NCBI GenBank assembly: GCA_013115145.1
Contig: JAAPAO010000011.1
Coordinates: 1 to 64,000 of the forward strand
Direction of reading: 5' to 3'
DNA length: 64,000 nt
Origin: Perkinsus chesapeaki ATCC PRA-425
Taxonomy: Eukaryota; Protista; Perkinsozoa
Both the position numbers and the translations under genes were made by a program. Under the pieces are notes generated by a model. The model did no database searches and was not told the origin of the DNA. It was given only the letters and a program-made list of their open reading frames with translations. Positions 58,840-64,000 of this stretch are shown in pieces. Numbering within the stretch: position 1 is the stretch's first letter; each line of letters opens with the position of its first letter.

Positions 58840-61007
58840 ATGGCCTCCTCCTCGCTGGCCAGTCGTCATCAAAGCACCGACCGGTTCCGTGTCTTGCCAA
58901 CTGCTGACGATGCCCAACTCGTCCATCGGAAGGCGCTATGGGATGCTCGAGGATGTGAGCAACTGGGTAGTGGCCTTCGGTTGGTGACCTCCATTTAGGT
59001 AACTTGACCCTGAATGAGTCGGACCTCACGGACATGTCAAATGACGTCCTCGTCGACTACCTCCGAATACTCTACTTCAACGACATTGATATCTACTTCT
59101 TGCTGGGTAACTCCGACAGAGTCCAACCGAACAGACCGATATCCTACGAAAACCCCTGTAACGAGCGGAAGGCTCTCTTCGTGGCCAAGAAGCTGCTGGT
59201 CGCCCACGGTGCCTCGAGCCAAAGAGTGGCAAAGCTTCAGGCAAAAATAGATACATTTTGCGGCCCAGCGAATGGTGTTCATGTCTCCTCTACCTGTGAG
59301 GAGATTGTCCCTTACATTTCTGAGGTGGCACCAAAGTGCGAGGTGGGCAAGAGGCCTTCTAACCTCGGTGGAGGGGTCGGCTTGTACGCCAAGGAGAATG
59401 TCTCTGCTGGTAAACTACCCCGTAGCATCGTGCTCTAGCGCTCCGGTTCAGGTGACGTTGTCATCAGGGTTCCCGAGGGAGACCTCCGCATCATCAACAT
59501 CTACGAGGCCGCTGCTGACCCAGAGTTCGGCCCGGTCGTGGCGGACCTGCTGGCAGCTGGGCACCACATTGACACCTGTCTACTGCTGTACTCTCTACCC
59601 CCTTCGTGGCGTCTCCAGTGCAGCTCTCAGATATCTCGTCCACGTCTACAAGTCAGCCAAGCTCCGCTCGTTGCCTTCAATAGCGTCCTTCATACAGTAC
59701 CTACCCGAAGAGTTCTCTGGCAATCTGATGGAGTGGCCCCTCGAAGCCTTAGACGCCCTCGGGATCCCCCAAATACGGCGGCTGGTAACCCCCTCAGTTC
59801 GCTGCCTCGCGTCGATCACTCCCTTTCCTAAGGTCACACAACAGATGGATCTCCTCTGGGGGATTCATCGAGCACTGCCGGCCGGCCTGTGTAGCAGCTT
59901 CGACGAGGAGCTCTTGTGGGCGCGGTCCCTGTGTGACAGTAGAGCTTTCGCGCTGGATGTAAGTCTCTTCTTTGGCACACTTTGATTAACGCGCTGCTAA
60001 GTCTAGCATTTCGTATTAGCTTGTGAACAGTCCTGGTCTACCATATTTCCGCAGGTGCCGCCACCTACTTGGTGCCCCCAGTGGCTGGAAAAGTACCTCA
60101 CACCGGAACAGCCAATCACATGCGTGGTAAGATAGTCCTCAACAATTGTCGATAAGCCACTAGCAGATCCCTGGGGCAGACCTCCTCAACCACCACCAAA
60201 GAGGGCAGTGCGGCTTCCCTCGGTTCGACAAGGATAGCCGCTCCTTCGTCATCACCGCCGAGGCCAATGTCCCCGCAGGCTCCGAGCTGTTCATCAATTA
60301 TGGCGGACTGCAGAACTGGGAGCAGCTCATGTAGGCAGTACGCGGATTCAAAGAAGTTACAAAATCTCAAGTCCCTTTCGCATTCCTGGGGATCTATCTG
60401 AGACTCATCAGGTATTACGGTTTCTGTGAGTTCTCCCAGAACCCCTACGACTCTGTCACTCTCGACTTAGCCGCCCCAGGTGCGCAGGACGGCCTGCAAC
60501 TCGACACCATAGGTCGGTGTCACCCATACCTCTCCACCTCGTCGAGCACCTCCGATCAGGTACAGAACACGTCATTCGGAGGGGATCCCCGACAGTATCG
60601 CCGAGGCTCTGGGAGGCCCTCACTAACATGGCCGGCGTAGAGCATCCTGAGGAACTTGAGGAAGGCGCTGTAGACTCGTTAGTTGCTCTACTTAGACAGG
60701 TCAGATCGTCACTTATCTGCATTGGTAACTGGACTGCGACAGGTCACACTCGCGCCAGCTCCCGAGACGTCCTCTGCGAATGACTGGTGGATGGACGACT
60801 ACGGTGAAGTTATTGCCAAAGTGAGTGCTCTTCTGGTCCTTCTTGGCCATCGTGTGCGCTCAGTTCCGAAGTTCACAAATGGCCCTTGTCGACGACGCTG
60901 AGCGTGTGCTCCGTGAAATGGTAGCGAAGGACAAGAAAGCCAGAGCCGTCCATAGCGGAGGGCAGGCCGGCTATCGGAGAGCGAAGGCTTTTAGGAAGAG
61001 ACGATAG
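58840..61007 (+). CDS. SET-domain protein lysine methyltransferase (Rubisco LSMT/SETD3/SETD6 class), multi-exon
   Basis: GGGVGLYAKENVSAG|DVVIRVP, LLWARSLCDSRAF, PGADLLNH, AEANVPAGSELFINYG..QNWEQLM|YYGF and NPYDSVTL. Confidence 0.9.
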
Positions 61008-61394
61008 CCCGCCGCCAACTTGTGCTTTCACAACGTAAATGACTCTGTTTCTTTACCAGTTTTGACTCTCTTGCGTTGCAGTTGCAAGCGATTTGGTTCC
61101 AGATCGGGCAGTGGATTGCTTTTCCTGCCGAAATAGGTTTGGAAACAGTTCGAGCCGGAGTCAGTTTCTCATTTGTGTTCCCACACATTTGTCGGTGCGA
61201 GCTATATTGTGTATCTGCATCTGAATCACTAGGCAGTCGCGTAGGTAACCAGCTTGGCTCGCGTTTGCGGAGGAATAAACTATCATCATATCGCTCGAGG
61301 CAAGTGCGTGAGATGGGCTGAGGGATACTGCAACACAAAGCTCCTATGGTTAACATCAAAGGCTCACAACAGATCTATAATACATGCATGCCAT

Positions 61395-62202
61395 TTAGAC
61401 AATTCTCACTCTTCTCAACGTGAAATGGGCTTCTCGTATTGTAGCAAGCTCAGCAGGCGTCAGCTCCCGAATGACTCGTAGCAGCTTGTACGTTAAGAAC
61501 ATCAAGTAGACGTATAAAAGTATCCAAAAGATCTGAACACCTCGATAGAGAGAAGTGATGGCAGGGAGAGGCTTACCAAGGGCCACAGACCGTCCGATAT
61601 GAAAAACCCAAGGTGGAGTGCTATAGCGGCAGTGAGATAGAATGTAAAAGAGAATAGAATCGTTGGGTTCCGAAGTCTGAGGGGCGTTCAATGTGATTTC
61701 TGATGTTGCGTTGACCTACCGTGTTCCGACTATCCCCAACAAAGGCAGAAATGCTTTCAATGCAATGAGACGGTGCTCGTAGGACAGCAGCCATAGAAAG
61801 CTCGTTATCATATCAAACACACATAGTATTTGAATGTTGCTCACATACCTGCATAATGTGGCTTATTTGTTAATAATAGGACTCAAGGGAACACCTCAAT
61901 AGTCTTCCATAGAGAACAGCGCGATCTATCGATACCAGCGTTTCAAAGGCATCCCCTGGAGGGACCACTTGGGGCTGTAGAGCAGCAGTTTCCTCGGCTA
62001 CCGGTCGCCCAACAACGACGACATCGTTTCCTGAAAACAAGGTTCGTAGATCGGCTCTCGAGTGTAGCGACGAGCAGTTCGCTGCGGTAGAATGCAGTAA
62101 GTTTTTACCATCCCACACCAGGCTAGCTCTTCTAGATCCCCTACGAGAAGAGCTGGAGCATTCATCCTCCATGATTGCCTGGCATTCAGCTTCGTCTTCC
62201 AT
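61395..62202 (-). CDS. Hypothetical multi-pass membrane protein, spliced
   Basis: First exon MEDEAECQAIMEDE.... A later hydrophobic exon reads SLYRGVQIFWILLYVYLMFLTYKLLRVIREL. The 3' end is unresolved and may extend to about 61000. Confidence 0.45.
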
Positions 62203-62253
62203 GATTTATCAGTCAGGGTGGAAACTTTAGGCCAGGAGACTTCGCGCGTCTGA

Positions 62254-62274
62254 ATCGATCAAGTGGGCGCGCGC
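62254..62274. promoter_or_regulatory. Candidate bidirectional-promoter motif ATCGAT-N5-GGGCGCGCGC
   Basis: It lies between divergent ATGs at 62202 (-) and 62323 (+). Confidence 0.5.
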
Positions 62275-62322
62275 GGTTGACAAAAGAGCCTTTTCACTTC
62301 AGTAGTTGTTTGGGTTTGCCTT

Positions 62323-62752
62323 ATGGATGCGTCTGCTACTCCGGATGAGCTGAAGAACGTGAAAGCTTGCGAGTGCTGGAAATGCCACAAGCCAACTCCT
62401 CGTCTCAGTGAGCAGAATTGAGCTCATGGATGCCTGATTTGAGCGGTATTCATGTCAGATTATTGTGTGTGGTGCGGCAACTTCCTACTTTCCACTACCA
62501 AACCTATGACTGTGGAGGAGACAAAGGAACGACTAAACACTCAAATGTGATACGAAGAGTAGCCAGCGTGGAGAATTCGTCCCTTTTAGGCAAGACAGGT
62601 CAACTCAGAGCGAAACGAGCCCTGCGGCAGGTGGGAAAAGATCAGCGAAAGAGAACGAATCTACCAAAAAGCAACGTGTCGGCGAGTGACGTTTCATAGC
62701 ACCAATTGTTGAGTTGAACAAGTTGATAGAAGCCTTTGCTGAACTCAAATGA
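62323..62752 (+). CDS. Small zinc-ribbon (CxxC...CxxC) protein, spliced
   Basis: Spliced reading MDASATPDELKNVKACECWKCHKPTPRL(N)YCVWCGNFLLST..., ending PIVELNKLIEAFAELK*. Confidence 0.55.
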
Positions 62753-63076
62753 GACACCATCAGAAACGGCACAATCGATCGTATGCATGTCACCATCTGT
62801 CTTTGCCTTTGGCAATACCACGGGTATGTAACGGATCCAATAACTCGTCTTTGCGCCGGCTCTCTAAGCGTTGAAGCTACCAAGAAAAGTGACTCAAGGC
62901 TGGCGTGGCTGGCTCACCTCAGCGTCGATCAATGCCTTCTCCTCGTCCACGGACATGGCCCATTTACTCCGTTCTTGTGGTCCTGTTGCCTCGTTCCATT
63001 GCTTCATCTCATCCAAGGAGAACTCGAGCGCTCTAGGAATCTCTGAAATCACAGTACAGTGAGAATCCTTATGGGA

Positions 63077-63250
63077 TCATCTCGACCTACTAAATATCTT
63101 TGGATCTTGTATTTCACTCATTAGAATCCATCCGCAGCCCACCAGTATGCCTATGGTGTTCATCATTCGGCGGTACTCTTTGGTGCCTGGTTTCTGCACC
63201 GCTGTTTTGTACCGGTGCCAGGCTTGGTTGAGCCATTGGAAGCTCGACAT
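63077..63250 (-). CDS. Small single-TM protein (57 aa)
   Basis: MSSFQWLNQAWHRYKTAVQKPGTKEYRRMMNTIGILVGCGWILMSEIQDPKIFSRSR*. Confidence 0.4.
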   Translation of the reverse strand: MSSFQWLNQAWHRYKTAVQKPGTKEYRRMMNTIGILVGCGWILMSEIQDPKIFSRSR

Positions 63251-63333
63251 CGGCAACAAGAAACGTCCCACAGAATGGCAAACTCGACAACTGCAATTAG
63301 GGAAACGATGAGATAAAAAATCATGTCCGAAAT

Positions 63334-64000
63334 TCACATAACGACATAGTCGGTCTTGCCTCCCTTCGTCACAAGCTTGTATATAGCGCCGTTATCAGCC
63401 GTGATAGATCCCTCTGAAAAGCACAGTGCGAGGAGAATTCCCCCCCAGACTCACCGCTCCAGGCGACGATCCTCCCAGCGAGCTCATCACAGCTTGTCCA
63501 GGCAGTCCAGTCTTCATTAGGCATAGCCTCACGGTTGCCGGGGGTATCGAGGGTGATTGGAGCAATACCGATAACCTGGACGGGAGGCTATTGCGCATGG
63601 TAGGTGCATGTACTTTCGCTCGCAAAGTAACGTCAGAGGCCAGGCTCCCTATAAGATGATGAACTGCGGCTTTTGCGCTACCGTAAGCCAGGCCCCACGG
63701 GGTCGGACGCTCGACACAGGCAGCACCTTAAGTACACAATGGGTTGATGGAACCGACAAAAGGCGCACCAGGGAGCAATAGAAGGCCGTTGTGTTTGAGG
63801 AAGTCTCCGGCAAGCTTAGCTGAGATGAAGCTTGGATAGACCGAGGAGGAGTACATGGCCTTCACCGAACTAACAAGAGCTGCATCGAGAGGGGATCACG
63901 AGACCTACTCGAAGATAGCATCGTCGTTGGCGCCACCCATAGCGAACCCGCCGCTGACGCAGACGACAGAGTCCAGAGGCTGACCGCCTAACAGTCCTGC
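63334..64000 (-). CDS. QDPR: Dihydropteridine reductase (5'-truncated by the window edge)
   Basis: LDSVVCVSGGFAMGG, PTPWGLAYGSAKAAVHHLIGSLAS (YxxxK) and IAPITLDTPGNREAMP...WT match the QDPR short-chain dehydrogenase signature. Confidence 0.9.

Noticed and set aside
1-64000. Spliced-leader relics, tRNA/rRNA genes, CRISPR arrays
   Set aside because: None was recognised by eye. A tRNAscan-SE or Infernal run would be needed to exclude small RNA genes.

Overview
Gene-dense eukaryotic genomic DNA with many short (about 40-60 nt) GT-AG introns. The gene content and intron style suggest an alveolate protist, probably Perkinsus-like (inference, not confirmed by a search). Housekeeping genes reconstructed by hand across introns: BCD1/ZNHIT6, DRC2/CCDC65, an ICT1-like peptidyl-tRNA hydrolase, importin-11, an ataxin-3-like Josephin, an Rrn7/TAF1B-like factor, proteasome beta-2, an EAPP-like protein, NAC-alpha, organellar L7/L12, a SET-domain lysine methyltransferase and a partial QDPR. 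Main highlights: (1) a selenoprotein T gene that the ORF track misses, with an in-frame UGA in a CQSU motif and a canonical SECIS hairpin about 520 nt downstream; (2) two tandem low-complexity genes sharing an apparently catalytically dead DEDDy/EXD-like exonuclease domain, one also carrying a cold-shock domain; (3) an approximately 8 kb K+ channel gene (6TM-TVGYGD-CNBD-ankyrin) with an unexplained C-terminal module; (4) tandem intronless group I truncated haemoglobins with swapped distal-pocket residues and a probable gene-conversion tract; (5) a 14-Cys secreted paralogue pair; (6) an ATCGAT-N5-7-GGGCGCGCGC motif at three head-to-head gene junctions; (7) relics of an IS630/Tc1-like transposon. 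Gene boundaries are manual splice reconstructions, and no database searches were run.
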